Shown: one piece after another, positions 9,727 through 20,726 of the stretch
Layout of the letters: the number at the start of each line of letters is the position of its first letter
How positions within the stretch are numbered: position 1 is the stretch's first letter
Assembly: GCA_965222225.1 (NCBI GenBank)
Contig: CBDCTK010000002.1
Location: forward strand, 2,112,001-2,176,000
Reading direction: 5' to 3'
DNA from: Candidatus Poribacteria bacterium
GTDB lineage: Bacteria > Poribacteria > WGA-4E > JAJDTR01
DNA length: 64,000 nt
The notes under the pieces: generated by a model
Database searches by the model: none
What the model was told of the DNA's origin: nothing
Seen by the model: only the letters and a program-made list of their open reading frames with translations
Position numbers and translations under genes: made by a program

Positions 9727-10212
9727 TTGAAATCGAAACCACGGCGATTGGTTGAAGAATTCTATGAAATCAATAAGGAGTTCGATCGCGCCTTTGAATC
9801 TTTCGGTATTCCTCGTCGGAGTGTAAAGGGTGAAAACACGAACTGGCGTCCACCGATGGATATTTACGAAACGGCTGAACACTTCATCGTAAAGATTGAG
9901 CTTGCAGGCATTCAGCCGGACGAGGATGTAAGACTTCGATTGGATAATAACGTTCTCAAGATAACAGGACACCGAAGAGATCGAACGCAACTCAAAAAAC
10001 AACACTACCATCAAGCCGAGTTAAGCTATGGTCCATTTGAACGTTCGGTAGTTCTTCCAAATGTGTTGGACGAAGATTGCGAAGCGATTGCCAGCTATGA
10101 AAACGGTTTTATCGAAATTAAAACCCCGAAAATAAAACAAGATTCATCCAAAGAAATCTCTGTGCAAGTAAAAGATGAAGCCAAAACCATTAAACCTGTC
10201 AACGAAGAATAA
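9727..10212 (+). CDS. Hsp20/alpha-crystallin small heat-shock protein
   Basis: WRPPMDIYET...YGPFERSV...YENG; AAGGAGG RBS before the TTG at 9727. Confidence 0.92.
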   Translation: MKSKPRRLVEEFYEINKEFDRAFESFGIPRRSVKGENTNWRPPMDIYETAEHFIVKIELAGIQPDEDVRLRLDNNVLKITGHRRDRTQLKKQHYHQAELSYGPFERSVVLPNVLDEDCEAIASYENGFIEIKTPKIKQDSSKEISVQVKDEAKTIKPVNEE

Positions 10213-10224
10213 AGGAGTTAGATT

Positions 10225-12699
10225 ATGTCGAAGAAAAATGAGACTGAGAATGAAGACGTACTAGATCCGGAAGTCACCGCCGAGATTCCTATTCTTCCTG
10301 TTGACGATTTGGTTGTGTTTCCCTACATGCCGCCGGTGCCGCCGTTCGCGCCGCATCACATCGCGCTTTCCGGCGATTGGGTAACCAAGGCTGTCGATGA
10401 TGCCATGGTGAACGGGGAACGTGCACTGTGTGTTTTTCGACAGGTCGGAAACCGGGAATCGAATTCAAGAACCGCCGAAGACCTCGCTCCCGTGGGCACG
10501 TTGATTCGAATCTTGAGATATAAAAAGGACGATGAAAGCGTGCTGTTTTTGGCTCGCGGTCGGGCACGGGTAAGAATTGAGGAAATCCTTGAAACCAAAC
10601 CTTTCCTCAAAGCACGTGTGCAGGTCATAGAGGAAGAAGCGGAACAAGATCTTGAAGATGACAACGTTGAGATTGAAGCCCTCGTCCGTAGCACACTTGA
10701 TATTGTCCAAAAGATAGTGAAGCTGTCATCTCGGTATCAGGAGGAACTGGCAATTGTTGCGGAAAATATTGAGGAGCCCGGCCGACTTGCGGATTATATT
10801 GCGGCGATACTTGACTTTCGTTCTGATGACAAACAGCACATTCTTGAGTCAATTTCGGTTAAAGATCGACTGAACCATCTGATCGTAATCTTGACGAAGG
10901 AACACGACCTGCTTGAGTTGGAAACCAAGATTCAATCCGATGCGCAAGCGGTAATCAATAAAGGACAGCGTGAATATTTTCTGCGCGAGCAATTGAAAGC
11001 CATCCAAAAAGAACTGGGCGAATCGGACGATCTTCTGCTGGAAGTGGATGAGATGCGCGCACAGCTTGAAAACGCTGCTATGCCCGATAAAGCCCGCGAA
11101 GCGGCTGAAAAGGAGCTCAACCGTCTCTCGAAAATGCACTCCTCGTCCCCGGAATCCACAGTCTCTCGAAATTATTTGGATTGGCTTTTAAACCTTCCGT
11201 GGAACACTAGCACCGCAGACAATCTTGACATTCCCCACGCGAAAGAGATACTTGATGAAGACCACTACAATCTCACGAAGATTAAGGACCGTATCTTGGA
11301 GTATCTCGCCGTTCGGATGCTCAAACAGGATATGAAAGGGCCAATCCTCTGTTTCGTCGGTCCGCCGGGAGTGGGCAAAACGTCACTGGGCAAATCCGTT
11401 GCACGGGCGATGGAACGGAATTTTGTGCGGATTTCACTGGGCGGGACACACGATGAAGCAGAAATCCGTGGACATCGAAGAACGTATATTGGATCGATGC
11501 CGGGACGCATTATCAAAGGCATCCGTCAAGCGGAATCCAATAATCCGGTTTTTATGTTGGACGAAATAGACAAACTCGGGTCGGATTTCCGTGGAGATCC
11601 GGCGGCGGCAATGCTTGAGGTACTCGACCCGGAGCAGAATGACACTTTTACGGACAATTATCTTGACGTACCGTTCGATCTTTCCAAGATAATGTTCATT
11701 ACAACGGCAAATCAGCTCCACACCATTCCACCCCCGTTGCGTGATCGCATGGAAACCTTGGAGTTGCCCGGCTACACGGCAATCGAGAAATCAATGATTG
11801 CCAAACAGTATTTAATCTCCCGCCAAATTGAGGCACACGGCATTACCGCAGACCAGTTTGCCATTGGAGACGAGGCAATCGATCGCGTCATTGATGAGTA
11901 CACGCGTGAGGCGGGTGTGCGTAACCTTGAGCGAGAACTGGGGACACTCTGCCGTAAGTCTGCTCGTAGCATAGCCGAGGGAGAAAAAGATCCGATAGAC
12001 CTGACCGCCGACAATCTTCCCACTTACTTGGGACCTCCGAAATTCTATTCCGAAGTGGCGGATCGAAAGGAGGAGGTCGGCACTGCGACAGGACTCTCGG
12101 TAACCCCCGCAGGCGGAGAGATTCTGTTCATCGAAACCACGCGTATGGTTGGTAAGGGAAAGCTGACCTTGACCGGGCAAATTGGCGATGTAATGCAGGA
12201 GTCGGCAAAAGCCGCGCTGAGTTACATCAAATCGCAGAGCGAGGAGCTACACTTTGACCCCGACTTTTGGAATAGTGACATCCACATCCATGTGCCGGCC
12301 GGAGCAATTCCGAAAGATGGGCCATCTGCCGGGGTTGCCATTGCGACCGCTTTGGCATCGTTAGCCACTGGACGCCCGGTCTCGCCCGAGGTTGCCATGA
12401 CCGGAGAAATCACGCTGCGTGGACGGGTGCTCCCCATCGGCGGGTTGAAAGCAAAGGTGCTGGCGGCGAAGCAGGCGGGCATTAAAACTGTTATCGCTCC
12501 AAGTCGAAACGAAAAGGATTTGGTAGAAATACCTGATGACGCAACGGAAGGACTTGAACTCGTGTTCTCGGATCACATTGACCAAGTGCTGAACCGTGCA
12601 CTAAAACACAAGGAGCACACGGTAGATTCCAAACCGACTGACCACCCCGATCCTTCAATCCAAGCTGACTCGGCGCCTCCCCCTCCTTCGGTTGGGTAA
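10225..12699 (+). CDS. lon: ATP-dependent protease La (LonA)
   Basis: LON N-domain, GPPGVGKT Walker A, DEIDK, catalytic PKDGPSAG. Confidence 0.97.
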   Translation: MSKKNETENEDVLDPEVTAEIPILPVDDLVVFPYMPPVPPFAPHHIALSGDWVTKAVDDAMVNGERALCVFRQVGNRESNSRTAEDLAPVGTLIRILRYKKDDESVLFLARGRARVRIEEILETKPFLKARVQVIEEEAEQDLEDDNVEIEALVRSTLDIVQKIVKLSSRYQEELAIVAENIEEPGRLADYIAAILDFRSDDKQHILESISVKDRLNHLIVILTKEHDLLELETKIQSDAQAVINKGQREYFLREQLKAIQKELGESDDLLLEVDEMRAQLENAAMPDKAREAAEKELNRLSKMHSSSPESTVSRNYLDWLLNLPWNTSTADNLDIPHAKEILDEDHYNLTKIKDRILEYLAVRMLKQDMKGPILCFVGPPGVGKTSLGKSVARAMERNFVRISLGGTHDEAEIRGHRRTYIGSMPGRIIKGIRQAESNNPVFMLDEIDKLGSDFRGDPAAAMLEVLDPEQNDTFTDNYLDVPFDLSKIMFITTANQLHTIPPPLRDRMETLELPGYTAIEKSMIAKQYLISRQIEAHGITADQFAIGDEAIDRVIDEYTREAGVRNLERELGTLCRKSARSIAEGEKDPIDLTADNLPTYLGPPKFYSEVADRKEEVGTATGLSVTPAGGEILFIETTRMVGKGKLTLTGQIGDVMQESAKAALSYIKSQSEELHFDPDFWNSDIHIHVPAGAIPKDGPSAGVAIATALASLATGRPVSPEVAMTGEITLRGRVLPIGGLKAKVLAAKQAGIKTVIAPSRNEKDLVEIPDDATEGLELVFSDHIDQVLNRALKHKEHTVDSKPTDHPDPSIQADSAPPPPSVG

Positions 12700-13145
12700 A
12701 TTGGCACAGTAGGTGAATCCATCCCCTGTGAGAGATTTACTTTTGGGATTCACCGCATCCTTGTAAATTGTAGCGCAACGAAACCGAGTTTTTCCCGAAG
12801 AACCTCGGTTTCTTCCCTATGTCCAAGATGACGGATGCACCAGGACAAGCTCCCTGCACGCCTCCCAAATATCAACCCTTTCGGTGCCCTACAGGGCGAC
12901 GGATTGCTCCGAGTGCACTTGGGGATTCCCATAGTTCCGTCACGAAAACATCTGCCCGATCCCCGTAGTCCGCCAAGATTTCCACTTCAAGACAGTCCGG
13001 GCAACTCCCCACTCCTTTTCCAAAAACTTTATCTAATCTTTCTTCTTCGCATTAGCGCGTAACGTCATCGCATAAGACGACCTGCTTCTCAGAGTTCAAT
13101 GCTATGGCTGGTGTTTAGGTGTCGGCGCCGAGTTGATTGACATCA

Positions 13146-14125
13146 TCACGGGTTACCGGTCCGTTTGAGAACTCCCCAAGATATCGGCAACTTTCCGTTT
13201 GGGTTGACTATAAATGCACCAAGCGGCAGCCAGGAAGGAAATATGTTATCAACACCGGGAGGAGTTCTCGTGAGTTTGACCGCGTTCCTCCCGTTGGTGT
13301 CCATCAAGTAAATATTAAAATCTCCACCACGCGTTGACACAAAGGCGATTTTTCTCCCATCCGGCGAATAGGCCGGCATCCTGTTGTTACCCTCTTCCGT
13401 AAGCTGCTCTAAATTTTTCCCTTCAGCGGTTATCACGTAAATGTCATAACCCTCGAAGACGCGCTGTGACTGGAACGCAATCTTGCGTCCGTCTGGCGAC
13501 CAATTAGGATTCCAATTGTACTTTAGGTTGGTGTCGCCAGTGAGATTGCGCCTTCCCTTGCCATCTGCATTCATCACGAAAATATGACGAGCATCCAACG
13601 CGCCGAAATTGGGGCGGAGACAAACGCAATCTTGCTTCCATCTGGCGAGCAAATCGGTAAAACATCCTGCATCTCGTGTTCTGCCAACCTTGTCCGATTA
13701 CCTCCATCGGCTTCCACAGTGAAGATGTCGCAGTTGATTTCACAGAATGATGTAAAGGCAATCTTCGTGCCATCCGGTGACCAACTAGGGGGGCCTTCAC
13801 GAAAATTGTCATGGGTGAGTCTAATCACGTTGTTGCCATCGCTGTCCATCACATACAGGTCATGTGTAACACCACGCCCTGATGCGAACGCAATTCTTCT
13901 CCCATCTGGCGAGCCAGCGGGGTGCAAGTCAGATGCCGGGTGGTCGGTGAGTTGGACAAGATTGTTTCCGTTTACGTCCATGGAGTAGATGTCCCAGTTG
14001 CCATCGTGGTTTGATATAAAGACGATTTTCGGTTTGGACCTCTGCGCTGTGGTGTCCGACGTAACCATAAACGCCAATAGCAGTAGAAACAGGCATCTTC
14101 TCAAAAATGGGCTGATTTTATTCAC
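13146..14125 (-). pseudogene. Secreted TolB-like PD40-repeat protein split by one frameshift near 13615
   Basis: ORFs 13574-14125 and 13146-13652 join at KIAFVS / RPNFGALD; WSPDG repeats; C-terminal VNPNGKLPISWGVLK. An assembly error cannot be excluded. Confidence 0.75.
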
Positions 14126-14200
14126 CGGTCATATTCTCCTTTTTCGGGTTCTTCACTTCTAGAGAATTCTCTAACCTGAGTTGCCACCTTTGAAGCACGA

Positions 14201-14244
14201 GGGATCTCTATCAGGATCTACTATCGCACAAGGATCTCTATCGC
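14201..14244 (-). repeat. Three tandem tail units of the hairpin cassette (GATAGAGATCC-like) next to a REP hairpin
   Basis: Minus strand: gc gatagagatccttgt gcgatagtagatcct gatagagatccc. Confidence 0.7.
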
Positions 14245-14400
14245 GACCTCCTGTCGCGCGCAAAGTTCGCTCCGATAGAGGTCGCGTTATAAATTGTGCT
14301 ACTACGATCCGAACCAAGTAAATCCTACATGTGCAATTCGTATTGCAATGACAATAGCCCGCATCATCAAGATTCGTAGTTCAAAAGGCAATCTCGCAAG

Positions 14401-15363
14401 CTATCGGCGGTTCGACGCACGTTTCTTCAACCTACCCCAAATTGTGGCTGTCTTGGAAGTGGGGGACACAGCTAGGCCTCCCGGGCCAAAATCGGGCTGG
14501 TAATCGATCCCAACTCGATCTTTGCTGAGTGGCTTAATGTATTTTCCGTCCGCGGTCATCAAGTGAATCCCTGCGCCGAAGCGAATACCATCATGAGGGA
14601 CCACATATGCAATTGCCCCTCCATCGGGAGACCACGTCGGGTCCGTATGATGTTCTTGATTGCGCGTAAGCCTTTTGGGATTTTTACCATCCTCCCCCAC
14701 TACATAGATGAGATGGAATCCTTCTTGCCAGACGTTGTATACAATCCGTCGTCCGTCGGGAGAAAACGACGGGCTGCCTCCACGCAAACCGTGCTTCACC
14801 TTTTCAAGCCCCTGTCCGTCAGCGCCTATCACCGAAATTTCACTTTCCCAGTTTATCGCAGATACGAACATAATCTGTTGTCCATCCGGCGACCATGATG
14901 GCGCACTCGCCTGGCCTACCAGCGTCGCTCGATTTTTTCCATCAGCATCCATCACGTCGATATGAGGTATCCCATCGTGGACGGTGAACGCAATCTTTTG
15001 ACCATCGGGAGACCAGTCTGGATTCAGCTTCCTCCGCGGTCCATCTGTGAGTCTAGTTTGGTTCTTACCATCGGAATCCATGACGTAGATCTGATCTGCG
15101 TCGTCGTTTCTGTCGGAAACGAATGCAATCTTCGTCCCGTCAGGCGACCAATCCGGATCCATGTCGTGTACCGGATGGTTTGACAAGTTTTCCCGGTTTC
15201 CTCCATCGGCGTCCATTACATAGATTTCAAAGTTGTCAAATGCCAGGTTTGAAAAAACAATCCGTGACCCTTGTGCGGCGAGTCCTCCTATTAACCACAG
15301 TACCGCACTTAACAGCATCACGGGTAACCCGATAAACGACACAAGTGTACGTCCGAATCGCAT
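14401..15363 (-). CDS. Secreted TolB-like PD40-repeat beta-propeller
   Basis: Signal peptide MRFGRT..., multiple PDWSPDG repeats, C-terminal LAVSPTSKTATIWGRLK. Confidence 0.9.
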   Translation of the reverse strand: MRFGRTLVSFIGLPVMLLSAVLWLIGGLAAQGSRIVFSNLAFDNFEIYVMDADGGNRENLSNHPVHDMDPDWSPDGTKIAFVSDRNDDADQIYVMDSDGKNQTRLTDGPRRKLNPDWSPDGQKIAFTVHDGIPHIDVMDADGKNRATLVGQASAPSWSPDGQQIMFVSAINWESEISVIGADGQGLEKVKHGLRGGSPSFSPDGRRIVYNVWQEGFHLIYVVGEDGKNPKRLTRNQEHHTDPTWSPDGGAIAYVVPHDGIRFGAGIHLMTADGKYIKPLSKDRVGIDYQPDFGPGGLAVSPTSKTATIWGRLKKRASNRR

Positions 15364-15459
15364 TTTTCCCTCCTTAGTTGTGGGTAAAGTAATACCATTT
15401 CGCTTGAATAATAGTGCATATGATGTCTGAGCTATTTCGTCCACTTTCTCCGTAGGCGG

Positions 15460-15496
15460 GAATCAAATGAGCGAATAGCGAATGCGATAGAGATCC
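15460..15496 (+). repeat. GA-tandem hairpin cassette copy C, inside a GTAGGCGGG...GCCCCGC REP
   Basis: gaatcaa AT ga GC gaata GC ga AT gcgatagagatcc. Confidence 0.85.
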
Positions 15497-15809
15497 CCTT
15501 GCCCCGCGGACTTTGCGCGGAGACAAAGCTTATTATTCCGCTCCAAGCAAGTTTCTTTACTTAATCCACGTAGTCAATGCACTTCCATTTTATAAAAATG
15601 GTATAAGCAGTAAAAGTAACTTGTGCACATTGGTGAAATAGTGAAGCAAATTCAATGATTTGGAGTGCCCTTCGTATGTCCACTCAAGTGCTTTTTTGAA
15701 AAGCTGACGACAAAGCCATCGTTGGAGAAAGAAGGAGGAGGTTTTAACCATCTGGTCTTTTTGGGTGACCATTGAAAAGGCCTCCAGCGGTTCCTGATAC
15801 TTTATGTAA

Positions 15810-15880
15810 CCTGTCGCCCCTCTGGGGCTTTGGTGTGAAGTGCCTTAATGTTACTATACACCTTTCGCGCCGCTGGCGTT
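15810..15880 (-). repeat. Pair of AGCCCC-N3-GGGGCGA-type REP-like hairpins (no cassette)
   Basis: cctgtcgcccctctggggct and cctttcgcgccgctggcgtt; same class as the hairpins inside the MITEs at 26496 and 37199. Confidence 0.55.
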
Positions 15881-16105
15881 TACAAAGGCTGGTGGCATCT
15901 CCATCGCGTTCCTTGTTTGGTCACGTGGTCGCAGGGCGACTCGATCGTCCTCTTTATTCACTCGGTTGATTGCACTCTAAAAGATGACAATTCATAATTG
16001 TACTTTTGTACAAAGTCGAGCTTATGACTTCCATCCTCAATCTTAGACGCTCGGAAGATAGGGACAATGCCGCGACCATTTCAATACCAATCCAAGCCGC
16101 CACCT

Positions 16106-16561
16106 TTACCCGATGTGCCCCGCATGAAACACCCACTGCGGATTCAATGAATTCTTGAGGCGAAGAACATACAGTTCCTCTTGAGTTGGGAAAAACGTAT
16201 AATCTTTGAAAACCGCACTTTTGCCCGAGATTGTATCAAGCGGAAGATTCCAAAGAAGCTTTGGGACTGAAGGATTCACTATATTCAAGAAATGCACTCC
16301 ATAAGCCGTGGTTACCAACGCAAACTGACTCCAAACCGTTATACTACATGTAATATTCCGGTTTTGAAGGTAGAGAAATCGATGAAACATTGACGCGCTT
16401 TGCCGGGTTCGAGACATCGACAATCTCCAATACGGTGAAAAATCAGCAACATCTAGACTTGCTCCGATTTCGGAAATGGGAGCCTGTAGATTTGGTCCGC
16501 GGCCGATTGTCAATAGGGATAACACAGGAACACCAAAGAGTGAGATAACGTGATAAGACAA
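16106..16561 (-). pseudogene. Degraded beta-propeller (LVIVD-repeat-like) fragment
   Basis: ALVTTAYGVHFLNIVNPSVP and LYVLRLKNSLNP resemble LVIVD repeats; no clean start or end. Confidence 0.3.
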
Positions 16562-16628
16562 ATGGATTGAAACAGTCCTTGGCTTCCCATCGTTTCACCA
16601 GCGCCCGAATCGAGCGATGTCCGTCTGC

Positions 16629-19600
16629 TCAATCTGCAAACAGATTCTGAATCTGATCTTCAAGATTCCCAGGATACACGGAACCCGTAATCTCTCCCGC
16701 CGCGTTAATCAGCACAATCGAACCTCTCCCTTCAATAGCGTAGCGATTAAAGGTTTCGCCTTTCGCACCAAGCACATCCGTTGGGCTGTCCAGACCGATT
16801 GAGTAGATTAGTGTGTGTTCCGCTATCTGTTGTTTGATCGTGTCGACATCCGCTTTAGCCGGACAGATAGTGACGCAGACGAGTCCCTTTTCCCCATAAA
16901 TCTCCTGCAATATATTCAACAAGCGTACTGATTGAACATTATCGAAGTCGTCGCGCGCCCAGAAATCGAGAGCGACTGTTTTTCCTTTTAGATGTCCAAT
17001 GGAGGCGGAGGAGCCGGACAACCACTTTTCAACCGCCAACTCCGGTGCGGGCTTCCCCGCCAGGGCATCGAGACGTCTTTTGGCTTCCTCCGCATCCGCC
17101 CATTGCGCACCCCATTCTGGGGGCGGGGCGGACCTCGCGTCAATCGGCTCGAAAGTAAAGACCAAATCTCGCTGATTTACTTTGATACCTTCAAAGACTT
17201 GAGACTGACGATTGGTGCCGACGTAGATTGATGCCTCCGGGCCCTTGATGTATTTCAGTTCAAACTCACCCTCTCTATTGGTGTAATCGGGGCGGTGAAC
17301 GACACCGGATGCAGGGTCTTTGCGTGGTTCAATCATCACTGTCGCATGGTAAACTGCCTCGCCGTCGGCGGCAACGACTTTCCCGGCAAGGTATCCGTCC
17401 GCATTGACTAATACAAGGTCGTGACGCTGATTGGTTTTCAAAATCTCAAACGTATGGCGTGCGTAGTCCGGATGGATAATGTCCAGTTGGTAGAGAACTA
17501 CCATGGGAAGATTCTTAAGCCGATAATCGCCATTTGCATCGGTAAATGTTTCCCAGCGTTGCCACTGCTGCCTCGATTCTAACCGAGCTCCGTTAACCGG
17601 CTCACCAGATGTATCAATGATGCGTCCCTCAATGAAAAACTGACCGATGGCTGGGCGTAGCACGAAGTCATCAATTTGGCTCACCCCCTCCGTCGCAGTG
17701 AACTCCTCTGTTACCTCCCTCCAATATCCTTTCGCCTTCGCAGTAATTACGTATTGAACACCGACAATAAGCCCAACTTCAGGGAACCGTCCGTCGCCGT
17801 TCGTCACGCCTACGCCTGAAATGATTACTGTATGTCGCAAAGGGTCCAGTCGGTGTCGATGGATTCTTGCAGATGGAATCGGTTCTCCATTGGGGTTGAC
17901 CACTCGCCCGGAAACTTTGACTAACTTGAAGGGTTTCATCCGGATCTCAATCGATGCGCCTGGCTGGAATTCGACCCGTGCGGAACCGCGCAATTTCAGT
18001 TCGCTCTGCTCGGCGGAAAGAGCGAGTCTCTGTCCGAGACGCAGCCCGTGAATGGTAAGTTCACCATGCTCGTTCGATATGCCGTAATCCCTACGCCATC
18101 CGAACGAATCGGTGATTCTCGCGCCGGTGACAGGGTCTCCAGTCTCCGTTAATGTCCGGAAAATTGATGGTGTTCCCTTTGAAAACTGAAAATCAACAAC
18201 CACGGTTTCCCCCTCAACGACATTGACGCGTTTATTAGCGTGTTCTACATCTTGATATCCCTGTGGTGAGGAAAAAAAGACGAGCCCGGGACCCGGTGCA
18301 GCACTAAAGCGGTAAGTTCCGGATTCGTCCGTTTGCACACTATGGCTTCTGTTTTGAGGCGCCGGACGAGCTGCGTCGTACATACTGATATTATAATTGG
18401 CAATCGGTTCGTTCGTGTCCCCGTCAGTCACTCGCCCTGTAACATAGCCGACCCGAACCAAAGTCATGTCTACCTTAGAGGCTGTCTGTCCCTCGCCAAC
18501 CTTGACGACTGCGTTGGCGGCAGCCGTCCACCCTGCCGGTCCCTCTTGAAGATGGACGTTGTAAGTACCAGGGGGAAGATTTCTCACGACGTAATGCCCA
18601 TTCACATCAACGCTTGCCCGTCCTCCCCCCCCAGTTGGATGGATGCTCTCAACCGAGATTGTCGCGCTTTCGACCGGCGCACTGGACTCTACATAGCTTA
18701 GGTGCCCCTCAATCTGTGCCTCACGATCCAGCTTGAACTCCAGTCCCTTTGTACCCGTTAGCACGGCGGTTTGCCTTTCTCTTGCGTATCCTTGCCTTTG
18801 AACAGAAAGAGCCGCCATTCTACCTTGCGGCAGTCTCCGGAAAATGAAAATTCCATTCACATCACTCTTGACGGGGGGAATGGGAATAAGATTCAGAATT
18901 GAATGATTCTCTAACCCGAGAATTATTAGGCTATCCCTCAAAAATCCCTTGAGTTGTACTTCCGCATTTTGAATCGGTTCGCCTGCTGTGTTCATTATCC
19001 TACCGGATATGACTGTCGGCTTTTCAAGTTGAATCTCAACATTCGCTGTACTCTGTGTCCGAAGGTTCTGCCAGCCGCTGGCGTGTTGGGGGTGCACCGC
19101 AACGATGTCTACTCGATTCCGCTCGTCGGGTTCGGGACGAGGGAACTCAAAATTAAACATCCCATCTTCTGCTGTGCGAGCGACGTACTTGGGTTGATTG
19201 GATTGTAAAGAATACAGAACTTCAGCGTCAGCTACCGGTTCACCGCCGCTGTCAACAACTCGACCGGAAAAGGTTATCCTCTCGGTGGCCTCCTCCGTCA
19301 TGACGGCCGAGAATCGTGGATTTTGGGGCTCTCCGCCATTTGCGGCAGATGTCCCCTTTCGGCCTATTGACCGATTGCTCGGCTCTATTGAAACGCGGTT
19401 GGAGGCAGCCAACGGACGCTTTCCTGTCGCCACCGGAATGCCCGAAACTGACGAGTGCGTTGAATAAGGAACAGACTCAAGAAGCGCGACCTCAATTGGC
19501 AATCGGTTCATGACCGATGGCGACAACCCAATCTGGTTTGCTGAGGACGATGTCGGCAAATCGTTCCGCACTCTAGCAAGCCCAAACAAGATGCACAATG

Positions 19601-20287
19601 CCGTAATCAGCGCAAATAAAGATTTACCAACGGTAGCGCTACTCCACGCGAAACCTATCGCTGGCGCCGGTACGTATCGAATCTTCTCCATTATCTGCAT
19701 GAGAAAACCGGCTCTTAGTTTGTGGCTTTTCAACAGTCTGCCGTAGTGCTGAGACATGACACCCCCAAGTTGCTGACGTGCCCGATGCAATTTGCCTTTG
19801 ACCGTGTTCACGGACACGCCGAGGAATTCTGAAATCTCCTTCAGCGAACAGTCCCCCATGTAGAACATCGACACGGCGACCCGATTTTCATCGGGCAGCG
19901 CGGACATTGCCTGTTCAAGATCCACCTGCCAGCCTTCTACGGGCGCGGTGTGAGCAGGTTCAATTTTTAGCGCGTCCTCTGCGGTCTCCTCTAGGATAAT
20001 ATCGCGCTTGCGCTTTTTAATGACGCGCTCCATCCAACGTTTGCACTCGTTGGACATGATGGTATACAGCCAGGTTCGGAAGAGAGATGCGGGTGCGGGA
20101 GCTTAAAAAGACGACGGTATGCCCGTATGAAGACCTCCTGCGTGATATCCTGTGCATCAGCCTAATTCCTCACCTTTTGAAAGGCGTAGGTGTAGACCAT
20201 ATCCTGATATTTGTGCACGAGCACACCAAAGGCGTCGCGATCACCTGCGAGTGTTTGGGACACTATCTTTTCGTCGGCTGAATACAT
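16629..20287 (-). pseudogene. ECF sigma factor fused to a TM segment, carboxypeptidase-regulatory-like repeats and a thioredoxin-like domain; sigma2 region disrupted, downstream 1142-aa frame (16629-20057) intact
   Basis: Upstream frame reads MYSADEKIVSQTLAGDRDAFGVLVHKYQDMVY...RN*ADAQDITQEVF, with TAG at 20162-20164 and a 2-nt CT insertion near 20081-20086. Sigma4 SLKEISEFLGVSVNTVKGKLHRAR; repeated GRVVD..GEP domains. Confidence 0.85.
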
Positions 20288-20479
20288 AGCACTCATTAAA
20301 TCCAAAAATGAAAGCAAGGGTACATCTATTAAATAGACCCCACCATGTGGATTGGAGGTTATGTCCGAATGAAAAAATCTGGGGAAAATGCGAAATAGCC
20401 AACTCGGAGGCAGGAATTTTGACTAGGTTCGTTGGGAAGGTAGTTTGATGAGCGCCGCGGCGGATTGGATAGAACCATG

Positions 20480-20516
20480 GGATCAAGTGACCGGGTAGGG
20501 AACGCGATAGAAATCC
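20480..20516 (+). repeat. GA-tandem hairpin cassette copy D plus truncated tail
   Basis: ggatcaa GT ga CC gggta GG ga AC gcgatagaaatcc, then catagagttctt. Confidence 0.85.
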
Positions 20517-20528
20517 CATAGAGTTCTT

Positions 20529-20726
20529 GAAGGTGTATAGAAACACCAGAACCTCGTGCACCTAAGCCCCAGCGGGCATCAAGCGACTGGATAAGGAGCG
20601 CGATAGCAAATCCCGTGCGATAGAAATCCCACAGGTAAGTAGCAACCAACAGTGAAAACATGGAAATACTTCCTACAAATGACCAAAAGTGGCTTGTCAC
20701 CGATTACCGATTAATCAAACAGACTC
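20529..20726. mobile_element. Partial MITE (GAGCCTGTTTGAA-type TIR family)
   Basis: Aligns with the 37199-37477 and 26496-26690 copies and ends ATCAAACAGACTC|TTA; left end not found. Confidence 0.7.
20576..20630 (+). repeat. GA-tandem hairpin cassette copy E plus truncated tail unit
   Basis: gcatcaa GC ga CT ggata AG ga GC gcgatagcaaatccc gtgcgatagaaatccc. Confidence 0.85.

Noticed and set aside
12720-13130. Short ORFs downstream of lon
   Set aside because: They have no RBS or recognisable motif and are probably decayed sequence plus a palindromic repeat.
20162-20164. Amber read-through (pyrrolysine or recoding) in the ECF sigma gene
   Set aside because: A frameshift lies about 80 bp away, TAG is used as a normal stop by many genes here, and no pyl genes are seen.
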